Virus record (IMG/VR): IMGVR_UViG_3300032234_000388
Location: 32,001 to 96,000 of that record
Source: a virus
Lineage: Duplodnaviria > Caudoviricetes
Length of the DNA: 64,000 nucleotides
Reading direction: 5' to 3' (one strand)
The notes under the pieces are model-generated. The model did no database searches. It was not told the DNA's origin and worked only from the letters and a program-made list of their open reading frames with translations. Below are positions 55,341 to 64,000 of the stretch, piece after piece (position 1 is the first letter of the stretch; the number at the start of each line of letters is the position of its first letter). Position numbers and translations under genes: made by a program.

Positions 55341-58300
55341 GCCTGCGCTTCGCCCCATCTTAAAATAACGCTGGTATTTGTAGGACTTCCACTAACCTTA
55401 TACACGTTAATGGCCAGTACGTCTGGCCCGTTTGGAAATGCTCCTCTACCACCAATTGCTGTAGCTGTTAATTCTTTCAATGATTCTAAACTTAACTCTC
55501 CCGATTCTCCCGGGTTGGCAATAAACGAAAATACTTGTTCACCAGGTAATGCATATAAGGCACCAAACTGCCAAGTAATTGTCGAAGAAGCATTAATAGT
55601 TGTATTTGCTGATTGAGAGAATGTCACACGATAAATTGTGGTTGCTCCGTAGGTTCTAGTTTCTACAGTGTTTACCGCAGTTCCAGCTGGAAAGCTAGTT
55701 ACTGAGGTAGCAATTCGAGTACCGACCACAGCTCCAGAAGATAACCAACTAGCTGAAGTAAAGAATAAGAAGTTTCTGTTTACATATGAAGCTGCTGTAC
55801 CGGCTGCGGTTACTGTGACTGTTATATTATTTCCAGATCCTGTGGCTGATGATGCATTAGCAGGAGCACTCATTATAACTCGAGTATAGTTTGTTCCGCC
55901 GATATTAACAAAGCTCGGAATAATACTAGTAATAGTCTGTCCAGCATTTATAAATGTTGTAAGAGTATAAGTTAGTCCAGTAGGAGTTCCAGCAGTAGTA
56001 GTGACTCCGCCGCCGCCTTCTGTAGTACTCAAAGTAAATGTTGTGCTTCCGTTAGTTGCTACAATAAAATATTGTGTACCAGAAGAATATCCACTTATGC
56101 TACCAGTACCACCAAAGGTTCCAGTAATTGTGACACGTTGACCAACTGACAGGGTAGTTGATGTACAACTAAATTGTCCGGCCGTTCCAGTTATTGCTAC
56201 CGAGGCCAATGTGACACTATTTCCTGGAGCAATACTCAATACATCACTAACAACTATTCCCGATCCTGCAATGGATGAGTCAGTTACAAGAAAATCTGAT
56301 CTTGAAGTAGAAAATGCTCTACCATATGTAGCTGTGACAGCACTGGTGCTGGTGACTGAAATGTTATTTCCTGCGCCGGCTGTGCTAGTAGTAGAACCGT
56401 TGGCACTCATGATTACTCTAGCATATGCTGTTCCTGCCACAGTAACAAAATTTGGAGTAACACTAGAAATTGTTTGGCCGCCAGTTAAAAACGTTATCGC
56501 AGTTAATACGTCGGTTGCAGCAATTGTTGATCCTGCAAATTGTGTCTGAGTAATTAAGAAATCATTCCTACTGGCGCTAATTGCTGTGTTGTAAGTTTGC
56601 GATGCGCGAATAGTTATAGTCACTGCAACGTTTTGTGCACCATTACTAGCTGCCAAGTTGCTATTCGCGCTGGCATTTCCACTCATAATTATTCTAGCAT
56701 AACTTACGCCAGCAATAGTAATAAAGTTTGGAGTAACACTAGAAATTGTTTGGCCGCCAACTAAGAATGTAGTTGCTGATAAGCCATCAGTATTTCCAAT
56801 GGTCGATGTCAATGCTGCAAATGAACTTTGAGTAATTAAAAAATCATTCCTAGATGCTGATAATGCTCTTCCGTATGTTCCGTTGACCTGCAGTGTGACG
56901 TTCTGGCCAGCGCCAGGAGCACTGCTAATTGATGGTAAATTGTTCAGTACAATTCTAGTAAAGGTACCTCCTAGATATCCTCTAGTGATAGATTGTATAG
57001 TGCTATTAACTCCTGTTCCAGTAATTGTATCATTAACTGCCAGCGGGGTAGCTAAACTATCAAATTGCGTATTTGATATCAACACATCACTTCTAGTGGT
57101 ATCAACAGCTCTAACATAACTGTTATTACCGTAAGGCTGACCGTTGGCCTGTCCTAGTGCTGTAATAGTTTGACCAAAACTTGCAGCAGTCACCGGAGTG
57201 GTTGTTGTGTTAAATGAAATTGCTGTTAATGCATTAGTGACTGGAGTAAAACTTGGTGCTGTAAGAGTAGTTGTAAATGCCCCTTGAACTGTAGCTGTAG
57301 TTTGTCTAACATCTCCACTCCATGTCACAGAACCACCAGCTGCAATCTGTGCAAAGCTAGGCTGTCCACCTGCTGCTTGAGAACTTAAACCAGTCCAAGT
57401 AATGTTAGCAGGATTAATAGGATAATTAATTGGATTTAATACCCCTTCAACAACAATTGCACCGCCGCCAGCTACTGTATCCGAGCTAATTGCAATGCTT
57501 GATAATAACAATTGCGCACGATTTAATAATTCTCGATCGCCTAAGTCGCCAATCACTGCGTTTGACACCGACGGTGCTAATCGAATTAAAAATGCAGTAT
57601 TTTTTTCTAAGGTAGCCGATATCGCTGTAGCTGCGTAGTTGAAAATGTATCCTCGATCGCTGTCAAACTGACCGTCAATCATAAATGCTGAACCCCAGTG
57701 ACTGATGATCGGAGTAATAGTATTAGAAATTAAAACTACGCCTGTTCTTTCAGTGTGTAAGGTTGCAACACCTGCGCTAAATGTTCTTGTAGAACCGGAA
57801 ACAAATTGTGTTAAATTTGCTGCTCGAGTACAACCAGTAAGGGCAGAACCGTTATTTCCTGTGAAAGAAATTAATTCGTTATCTATATATACTGTTCCTG
57901 AATTTGGAAACCAGTACAAATCCTCAGCACTCATAGGTATTGTTGTTTGATTACTAGTCATTGCAGCATTTAATCTGCCTCTGGCTCCTTCGTTGATCAC
58001 TTCATAACGAACTGGCTGATTACCAGTTCTCATATATGCTTCTGAATTTACGTTCGAATTACGGAATCGATGTACAAAAAGATAATTTCCATCTGATCCT
58101 CGAAGCATAAAATCAATAAATCCTGCACCGTACCAAGTATGTTGAATACCAATCATTTGCATCTTAGTCACATCAAGATTATAACCGCTTGGACCTGCGC
58201 CATTACAGGTATCTAAATTCCAATCTTCTTGTGGAACAATTAGATCTTGTACTTTGGTAATTTTAACACTTGATACATTAGTCACTCCTCGATAATCAGG

Positions 58301-61300
58301 AGACACTGTCATTAAAGTATCATTAGTTAGTTGAGTAACTACGTGTGTCATTCCCCTAATTACAATTCGATCACCTGTTGCCAACTGTTGTGTAAATCTA
58401 GTATTAGCTCCGGTTACTATATTTGAATTAACGTTAATACTAATAGTTCCTGCTATTTGGAATGTACTTGATCTACGAACAACAGCCATACGTTGGCCAT
58501 CGTATTGCCAGAACATACCGTTTTGATCGTCAAATATACCAGAACGAACTGTTGATCCGTGCCAGTTTTTTATAGACATTTGACATGGACTACCAAGAAC
58601 CGGGCTAGTTGATCCTAATCTTTGTGTTGCTATAAATGACAATTGTCTTTCGTTGCCTATACTTGACACAGTATATGTGCCGTTATATCCAGAGGTAGCA
58701 ACTCCGCTGATTACTATAACTCCTCCTACTTGACATCCGTGATCGGTGTCATCACAAATTATAGTAATAGTGCTGCCAACTGCAGTTCCGTTTGATATAA
58801 TAGTGCGAATATCATAGCTTGGTGCAAATAAAGCACCGGTATTATACATAACACCCTTACCTGATTGATAACGAATATACTTTTTACTCATACGAATTGC
58901 GGTAGCACCGTGTGCTGGACCAGCAGTGCCTAGTTGTACTCCGCCGTCGAACGGTCTATGTATAAAAAATGAGTCTGGTCGGCCAAATAAATTGCCTACT
59001 AATGTATTATCAACAAGGCCAGCACCTCGAGCTGTATATCTTAAAGTTGTTGGGGTTGGAACTTGTTCTACAAAAAATGGACCGGCTGCTAGTTGGGCAT
59101 TAGTACCAGAGCTTGTAATTGATGTCGTGATAGTGTTTCCAGGAATAAATCCATGAGCAGATGCAAAGGTAACTTCGATGGTAGCAATAGCAGAAAAATT
59201 GATTCCAGTGTTGTCGCTGAGTATTTGTGCAGTAGTAGGTTCGCTAATAGTAATAGCACTGATAAAGTTTCTTGAGGGTGCAGTAACTGCAGTTCCAGAA
59301 ATCGATACCGTTTGAATTACTCCACCTGCAGTAATTGTTGCTACTTGAATAGTTGCTTGTGTAAATAATGACTGAACTTCAAACGTTCCGCCAGCAGCGC
59401 CATCTTGTACAACAGTTACAACATCAGTTGCAGCATAACCAGAACCTGAATTTACAATAGTCACTGAAGCTATGCCACCGCTGCCGTCGTCTACAATGTC
59501 AACAATACAGCCAGTGCCGCCTCCTGAACTTGTTGTGACTAATCCAGCTGCTGTAGAATAGCCTGTCCCTGCTACAATGTTAGTTGAGGCAGCAATTCTT
59601 CCAGCTGCTCCAATAGTAATTGTTTCCCCAATTGCATATCCCTGTCCAGGTGAATTTATTGCAACGGTATCTATAATGCCGCTGGTTTGTGTAATATCAA
59701 CTGTAAGGCCAGTGCCGCTGCCTGAGCTGGTGGTGATCACTGCAGACGAATTACTATATCCTGTGCCGCCGGCTAATGATGCAGCATTTAATGTTGCTAC
59801 ACTATCAACAGGTGTGGCCGAAGTAACTGTAATTGTTGCGTTGTTTGCAGGGGCGGCTCCGCCTAACGCAGTTCCAGCAATTAATATAGTATCATTAGCT
59901 ACATATCCAGACCCTGGAGTAGATGTAGTAACAGCATATGTTGGTGTTCGAGATACACTAAACACTGCTCCAACACCGTTACCTGATGTTGATCCTGATA
60001 ATCCTGCAAATGTTTGCGTTGTTCCTCGTATATTAGTTGTAATGCCGCCGCTAAGTGTAACAACATTACCTGTAACGTCAGTAACTCGAACCGCTACACC
60101 GTCACCTCGATCAAATATCAATCCCGGTCCAATACCTGTTGTGCTAGTAACTGTAAGAGTATTGTCACCGGTGGTGGCATTTGACAATAATGTAGTAGAA
60201 GCTGCAGTGCCGCCTGCGCCTGTTACCGCTGTAATTTGAGACCCGCCAACCACTCCTGTGCCGGTTAACGGTGCTCCTATCGGAGGTGGTGCTGAACTAA
60301 ATCCTATTGAAGTACTACCAATAGGAGTGATTAAACTTGTAGTAATAGTTCCAGAACTACCGTTTGATAAAACATTAAATGATGGTAGTCCGACTGCAGA
60401 GCCGGTATAATAACCGCCCTTTCTTAATTGTGTATATGTACTAGCTAGAATTTCTCCGTCTGTTGTACCCACTTTTGCTTTGGCAAAAAATGTAAATGTT
60501 GATGTTGTTGGCACAGTAGATACTAAGAAACTGCCTTCACCACGACTAAATCCTTGTACAGAATTACTCAATGCTTTAATTGTAATAGGATCTCCAGGAA
60601 GTAATCCGTGATTTCCAATAGTTGTTACTGTTATCTGACTAGCTCCAATGCCGGTAGGTGCGCTGGCATTTGTAACTACGTTAACAACAGGAATTTCTGT
60701 TCCCGGAATTTCGTAGATTGAAGGATAATTGCGCATCAATCCAATTGCTTGCCACTTGGTCGGTTGTAGTCCATACTCAAAGTCAGCGTCAAGCATACTT
60801 TGCGGAATGCCAACCCGTTGACGTTCCATAGCATCAGTAGCTATGGAATTCATTCTAACAATTTGTTCTTTACCTTCAACAAAAATTTGTATGTTGTCGG
60901 TGACCATCATGTTACTTGTGTCAATGTCAAAAGTAACTGTGGTGATTTTATCTACACCGTACAGTGCTCCTGGAAAACTTGTATCAAGAGTTTCAGTATA
61001 TGTAATTTCAGCAGCTAGTCTATCATCGGCAAAATTATACATGATGATATTTCTTGAGGCATTTGTGATCAATAACAAATCTTTGATCTTAAAATACCCT
61101 GGCATTTTAATATAGCCGCGATTTGAAATTTTTGTTGGTACGGCAGCCAGTCCGTTTTCGATTACCTCGAGGATAATATTACTAAGTTCTTTAACTCTTG
61201 TAGCGGCAAATACTTCAACGTTGGCTTCAAAATCGATTACTTGACTAACAAGTATTTGTCTATTAGAAAAAACAGTATTTGTTAAAATAAAGTTTTCTAT

Positions 61301-62179
61301 TAAATCTCGAATGAAGGTATGAGCAACTATTTCTGGTTGGCGATCACCGTCAACCTGTGCTACCCCATTTTCCCAATATTTTTCAGCATTAAAAATTGTT
61401 TGACGATTACCACCGCGTTTAAAATCGCTGATATAACCTTCTAATATATAACTTATATCACGTCTACATTTTTCTACATTATAAGTGTAGTTCACATAAG
61501 GAGAAATATTATTAGCTGAATTAAATTGTATAAAGGCTATTGCCTCTTCTTGAATAAATCGTTTATTAGCTTCAATCAGTGTTACTGCATTCAATAGCAG
61601 CGTATTATTTTGACTGCTAGGGGCAACCGGGTCGGGCAATGCGCTCAGGCCAGTGTCAATGGTATCGATTAAAAAGTCAGCTAATGTTGTAATTTCAGCA
61701 ATACTTTGTAGACCGCCTGCTGTTGGCAGTATAACTTGAGATACATCTTCAAGATTTAATGGGGTGGCAAGAGTGTTAGTTAAAATATTTGTTATAATTA
61801 ACGATTTTAAATAGGTATGGGTGTCAACTTCAACATCAGTAGACACCACTTGAACAACTCCGTCAATATAATAATTTGAGGCAACCGCATACGTTAATGA
61901 ATTTCCTCCATAGGTCAAATCATAAATGAATGCGTCTAACACATATCCGGTATCTCTTCTACATTTTGTTTCTCTAGTGGGTCCATATACATAATTAAAA
62001 TAAGGACTTAGTGCGTTGTCGGCATTGAGAGCAATTTGATTTTTTATATACTGACTCATTTCTTCTATTATAAAATTTTTATTTGCTGTCAGTAATGCAA
62101 CTGCATCGGTGTATTGTCCGAATGCTGGAGGCACTACTCCTGGAAAAAATTTATAATTTTGAATTTGCTTCTTTGCCAT
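55337..62179 (-). CDS. 2280-aa virion structural protein (tail fibre or baseplate appendage)
   Basis: Thr/Gly/Ser-rich beta repeats, two N-terminal KCRRD repeats, C-terminal ~95-aa repeats. Confidence 0.75.
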   Translation of the reverse strand: MAKKQIQNYKFFPGVVPPAFGQYTDAVALLTANKNFIIEEMSQYIKNQIALNADNALSPYFNYVYGPTRETKCRRDTGYVLDAFIYDLTYGGNSLTYAVASNYYIDGVVQVVSTDVEVDTHTYLKSLIITNILTNTLATPLNLEDVSQVILPTAGGLQSIAEITTLADFLIDTIDTGLSALPDPVAPSSQNNTLLLNAVTLIEANKRFIQEEAIAFIQFNSANNISPYVNYTYNVEKCRRDISYILEGYISDFKRGGNRQTIFNAEKYWENGVAQVDGDRQPEIVAHTFIRDLIENFILTNTVFSNRQILVSQVIDFEANVEVFAATRVKELSNIILEVIENGLAAVPTKISNRGYIKMPGYFKIKDLLLITNASRNIIMYNFADDRLAAEITYTETLDTSFPGALYGVDKITTVTFDIDTSNMMVTDNIQIFVEGKEQIVRMNSIATDAMERQRVGIPQSMLDADFEYGLQPTKWQAIGLMRNYPSIYEIPGTEIPVVNVVTNASAPTGIGASQITVTTIGNHGLLPGDPITIKALSNSVQGFSRGEGSFLVSTVPTTSTFTFFAKAKVGTTDGEILASTYTQLRKGGYYTGSAVGLPSFNVLSNGSSGTITTSLITPIGSTSIGFSSAPPPIGAPLTGTGVVGGSQITAVTGAGGTAASTTLLSNATTGDNTLTVTSTTGIGPGLIFDRGDGVAVRVTDVTGNVVTLSGGITTNIRGTTQTFAGLSGSTSGNGVGAVFSVSRTPTYAVTTSTPGSGYVANDTILIAGTALGGAAPANNATITVTSATPVDSVATLNAASLAGGTGYSNSSAVITTSSGSGTGLTVDITQTSGIIDTVAINSPGQGYAIGETITIGAAGRIAASTNIVAGTGYSTAAGLVTTSSGGGTGCIVDIVDDGSGGIASVTIVNSGSGYAATDVVTVVQDGAAGGTFEVQSLFTQATIQVATITAGGVIQTVSISGTAVTAPSRNFISAITISEPTTAQILSDNTGINFSAIATIEVTFASAHGFIPGNTITTSITSSGTNAQLAAGPFFVEQVPTPTTLRYTARGAGLVDNTLVGNLFGRPDSFFIHRPFDGGVQLGTAGPAHGATAIRMSKKYIRYQSGKGVMYNTGALFAPSYDIRTIISNGTAVGSTITIICDDTDHGCQVGGVIVISGVATSGYNGTYTVSSIGNERQLSFIATQRLGSTSPVLGSPCQMSIKNWHGSTVRSGIFDDQNGMFWQYDGQRMAVVRRSSTFQIAGTISINVNSNIVTGANTRFTQQLATGDRIVIRGMTHVVTQLTNDTLMTVSPDYRGVTNVSSVKITKVQDLIVPQEDWNLDTCNGAGPSGYNLDVTKMQMIGIQHTWYGAGFIDFMLRGSDGNYLFVHRFRNSNVNSEAYMRTGNQPVRYEVINEGARGRLNAAMTSNQTTIPMSAEDLYWFPNSGTVYIDNELISFTGNNGSALTGCTRAANLTQFVSGSTRTFSAGVATLHTERTGVVLISNTITPIISHWGSAFMIDGQFDSDRGYIFNYAATAISATLEKNTAFLIRLAPSVSNAVIGDLGDRELLNRAQLLLSSIAISSDTVAGGGAIVVEGVLNPINYPINPANITWTGLSSQAAGGQPSFAQIAAGGSVTWSGDVRQTTATVQGAFTTTLTAPSFTPVTNALTAISFNTTTTPVTAASFGQTITALGQANGQPYGNNSYVRAVDTTRSDVLISNTQFDSLATPLAVNDTITGTGVNSTIQSITRGYLGGTFTRIVLNNLPSISSAPGAGQNVTLQVNGTYGRALSASRNDFLITQSSFAALTSTIGNTDGLSATTFLVGGQTISSVTPNFITIAGVSYARIIMSGNASANSNLAASNGAQNVAVTITIRASQTYNTAISASRNDFLITQTQFAGSTIAATDVLTAITFLTGGQTISSVTPNFVTVAGTAYARVIMSANGSTTSTAGAGNNISVTSTSAVTATYGRAFSTSRSDFLVTDSSIAGSGIVVSDVLSIAPGNSVTLASVAITGTAGQFSCTSTTLSVGQRVTITGTFGGTGSISGYSSGTQYFIVATNGSTTFTLSTTEGGGGVTTTAGTPTGLTYTLTTFINAGQTITSIIPSFVNIGGTNYTRVIMSAPANASSATGSGNNITVTVTAAGTAASYVNRNFLFFTSASWLSSGAVVGTRIATSVTSFPAGTAVNTVETRTYGATTIYRVTFSQSANTTINASSTITWQFGALYALPGEQVFSFIANPGESGELSLESLKELTATAIGGRGAFPNGPDVLAINVYKVSGSPTNTSVILRWGEAQA

Positions 62180-62194
62180 TTAGTTTTCCTTGTT

Positions 62195-62926
62195 TTAACT
62201 CATCGCAACGCCAAAGGCGATTGCTCTTGAATCAACATATTTTTTATTTGATGCGTGATTACTATTAGTAGGAGTTGTTTCGATTACTACATTTGAGTTA
62301 GCTATAACATCCCCAGCCACTGTTAAATTATTTAAAGTTCCGACTGTATTTAAATTAGATGTCACAACTGACGAATTTATTGTTGTTCCAGAAAGTGTGT
62401 TTGCCGCAGCAGTAACAGTAATGTTTGAACTACCATTAAAATTTACTCCATTAATTGTTCTAGAATTTTCAAGAGTAGTTGCGGTTGAAGAATTACCATT
62501 AACATTTCCGGTTAGATTTCCAGTCACATTACCAACAACATTACCTGTATGAACACCTGCCGAATTACCAGTCAAGTCGCCAGTCACATTACCAACAACA
62601 TTACCTGTATGAACACCTGCTGAGTTGCCAGTTAAATTGCCAGTCACATTACCAACAACATTACCTGTATGTATACCTATAAATTGTGATGCAGTAAGTG
62701 TGCCAGATCCTAGATTAAAGCTAACGTTAATTGCTCCAGACTTAATGTTTGATAGGTCGTCTCTGAGCAAGGTAATACCGCCTACTGTACCGTTGTACAG
62801 TCTTAGGGTTCCTTTTTCTTGATCAAAAAATACTTCACCGCGAGATCCCAGCTTTCTATCTAAAAAAGCATCTTCTTTTGGAATTATTCGAATGCTATCA
62901 AATACTGGATTACGGACGCCTGACAT
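62195..62926 (-). CDS. short tail-fibre-like protein
   Basis: GNVVGNVTGNLTG repeats; ATTLENSRTINGVNFNGSSNIT; ASNKKYVD. Confidence 0.75.
   Translation of the reverse strand: MSGVRNPVFDSIRIIPKEDAFLDRKLGSRGEVFFDQEKGTLRLYNGTVGGITLLRDDLSNIKSGAINVSFNLGSGTLTASQFIGIHTGNVVGNVTGNLTGNSAGVHTGNVVGNVTGDLTGNSAGVHTGNVVGNVTGNLTGNVNGNSSTATTLENSRTINGVNFNGSSNITVTAAANTLSGTTINSSVVTSNLNTVGTLNNLTVAGDVIANSNVVIETTPTNSNHASNKKYVDSRAIAFGVAMS
62521..62671. repeat. 60-bp tandem repeat (about 2.5-3 copies)
   Basis: CAGTCACATTACCAACAACATTACCTGTATG starts at 62521, 62581 and 62641. Confidence 0.9.
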
Positions 62927-63011
62927 TAATTTTTACACTCCACTTATTACAAGTATTTATCAACAACTATAATTAAATTTTATCAGCATTATAATAGCAT
63001 ATAAATATGTC

Positions 63012-63590
63012 ATGCGAATAGAAAAAGACATCGGAATTTGGGAAAATGTACTCACCTCTGAGGAATGTCAGTCCCTAATAAGTCATTACGAAACACTTAC
63101 AAAGTTAAATCTTACATATTCAAGATTGGAACTTAATGATTCAATATCACATCATAAGGCCGATAGTGCTGCTTTTTTATTAGACTCACAGAGTTTAAAA
63201 ATGACTCCTGACCAATCTATTTTAGGAAATTTTTTAAGAAAATTTTGGGAGTGTTACGGGCAGTACACACAAAAATACAGCGTATTAAACGATGCAGCAA
63301 AACATCGAATACGATCAATGAAACTACAAAAAACATTGCCGGGCGAAGGATATCATATTTGGCATTTTGAATCAGACTCGCCAGAACGAGCAGATCGAAT
63401 CTGCGCATGGGGAATCTATCTTAATAGTATAGAATCTGGCGGAGAGACAGAGTTTTTGTATCAAGGAATTAGGGTGCCTGCAGTGGAAGGAACTTTAGCG
63501 TTATGGCCTGCAGGATTTACGCATACTCACAGAGGGAATCCTCCCCTGTCCGGTGAAAAGTATCTACTTACAGGTTGGGTTGAATTTTAA
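63012..63590 (+). CDS. 2OG-Fe(II) oxygenase (prolyl-hydroxylase-like)
   Basis: WHFE, YLN..GGETEF, WPAGFTHTHRG; TATAAATA 4 nt upstream. Confidence 0.9.
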   Translation: MRIEKDIGIWENVLTSEECQSLISHYETLTKLNLTYSRLELNDSISHHKADSAAFLLDSQSLKMTPDQSILGNFLRKFWECYGQYTQKYSVLNDAAKHRIRSMKLQKTLPGEGYHIWHFESDSPERADRICAWGIYLNSIESGGETEFLYQGIRVPAVEGTLALWPAGFTHTHRGNPPLSGEKYLLTGWVEF

Positions 63591-64000
63591 TGGAACGTCT
63601 TGAATTATTTCCCACTAGTTTTTTTACGTTTAACAATCCAAACATCGATAATGTCGAATTAATAAAAAATCTTCAAAAATATACCGATAAAATGAAACGC
63701 GGTAATATTTTAAGTTCGTTGCATCTGTTACATGATAAGCCAGAACTTTCAGAATTGTTTAATTGGATTAACTCGTGTCTAGAAGAAGTCCGTGTAGTAG
63801 AAAAATATGACTGCGAAAACTTTAAAATTACCAATAGTTGGTTTAATATTGCACTAGCCAATTCTAATATGGCTATTAATTATCATCGACATTCAATGAG
63901 CTTTTTCAGTGGCGTTTATTATCTTACTGAAGGGGCTCCTACTTTTTTTGAAGATCCTGTTCTGCATAGGACACAAGCTCAGATCGAAGTGTTAAGATTT
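63590..64000 (+). CDS. putative 2OG-Fe(II) oxygenase (TIGR02466-like), truncated by window end
   Basis: MERLELFPTS..ITNSWFN..HRHSMSFFSGVYYL..FEDP; TAATG coupling. Confidence 0.8.
   Translation, partial: MERLELFPTSFFTFNNPNIDNVELIKNLQKYTDKMKRGNILSSLHLLHDKPELSELFNWINSCLEEVRVVEKYDCENFKITNSWFNIALANSNMAINYHRHSMSFFSGVYYLTEGAPTFFEDPVLHRTQAQIEVLRF

Noticed and set aside
55410-61115. Many + strand ORFs (up to 220 aa) opposite the 2280-aa gene; similar antisense ORFs opposite the sheath, helicase and antiporter
   Set aside because: Shadow frames from the codon bias of the real gene; no SD, promoter or motifs.
62521-62671. 31-bp repeats at 60-bp period resembling a CRISPR array
   Set aside because: The intervening sequences are also near-identical, the repeat is in frame within a CDS, and no cas genes are present.
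1-64000. Apparent abundance of CTAG and GATC, and possible alternative genetic code
   Set aside because: Not quantifiable by eye; genes are full-length in code 11 and TAG, TGA and TAA all terminate ORFs.

Overview
A 64-kb piece of a large T4-like myovirus genome with no host DNA. No tRNA, rRNA, CRISPR array or IS element was recognised. 1-3.8 kb: + strand early cassettes, each behind a near-consensus sigma70 promoter. 3.8-4.8 kb: hairpin-rich non-coding DNA. 4.8-8.2 kb: accessory genes (2OG-Fe(II) oxygenase, cation/H+ antiporter, YccA/BI-1). 8-17 kb (- strand): replication block (gp41 helicase, carbamoyltransferase, gp61 primase, miniature DnaE-like protein, gp62-like). 17-34 kb: about 18 glycan/sugar-nucleotide genes interleaved with uvsW, followed by uvsY, uvsX and gp32. 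37-63 kb: terminase, head completion, tail tube and sheath, dNMP kinase, neck proteins and a 2280-aa virion protein. Signals not explained by gene calls: (1) a ~950-bp early tract (1570-2517) with no TC or CC on the coding strand, encoding three proline-free proteins; (2) many promoters (TAAATA late type and some sigma70 type) 4-7 nt upstream of ATG, implying leaderless mRNAs; (3) a carbamoyltransferase plus an unannotated PFIY peptide between primase and helicase; (4) a late nucleotidyltransferase with a T4 capsid-targeting-like leader; (5) a 192-aa DnaE core; (6) phycobiliprotein-like KCxRD repeats and an FtsZ-tail-like motif in probable virion proteins. All calls come from reading motifs by eye; no searches were run.
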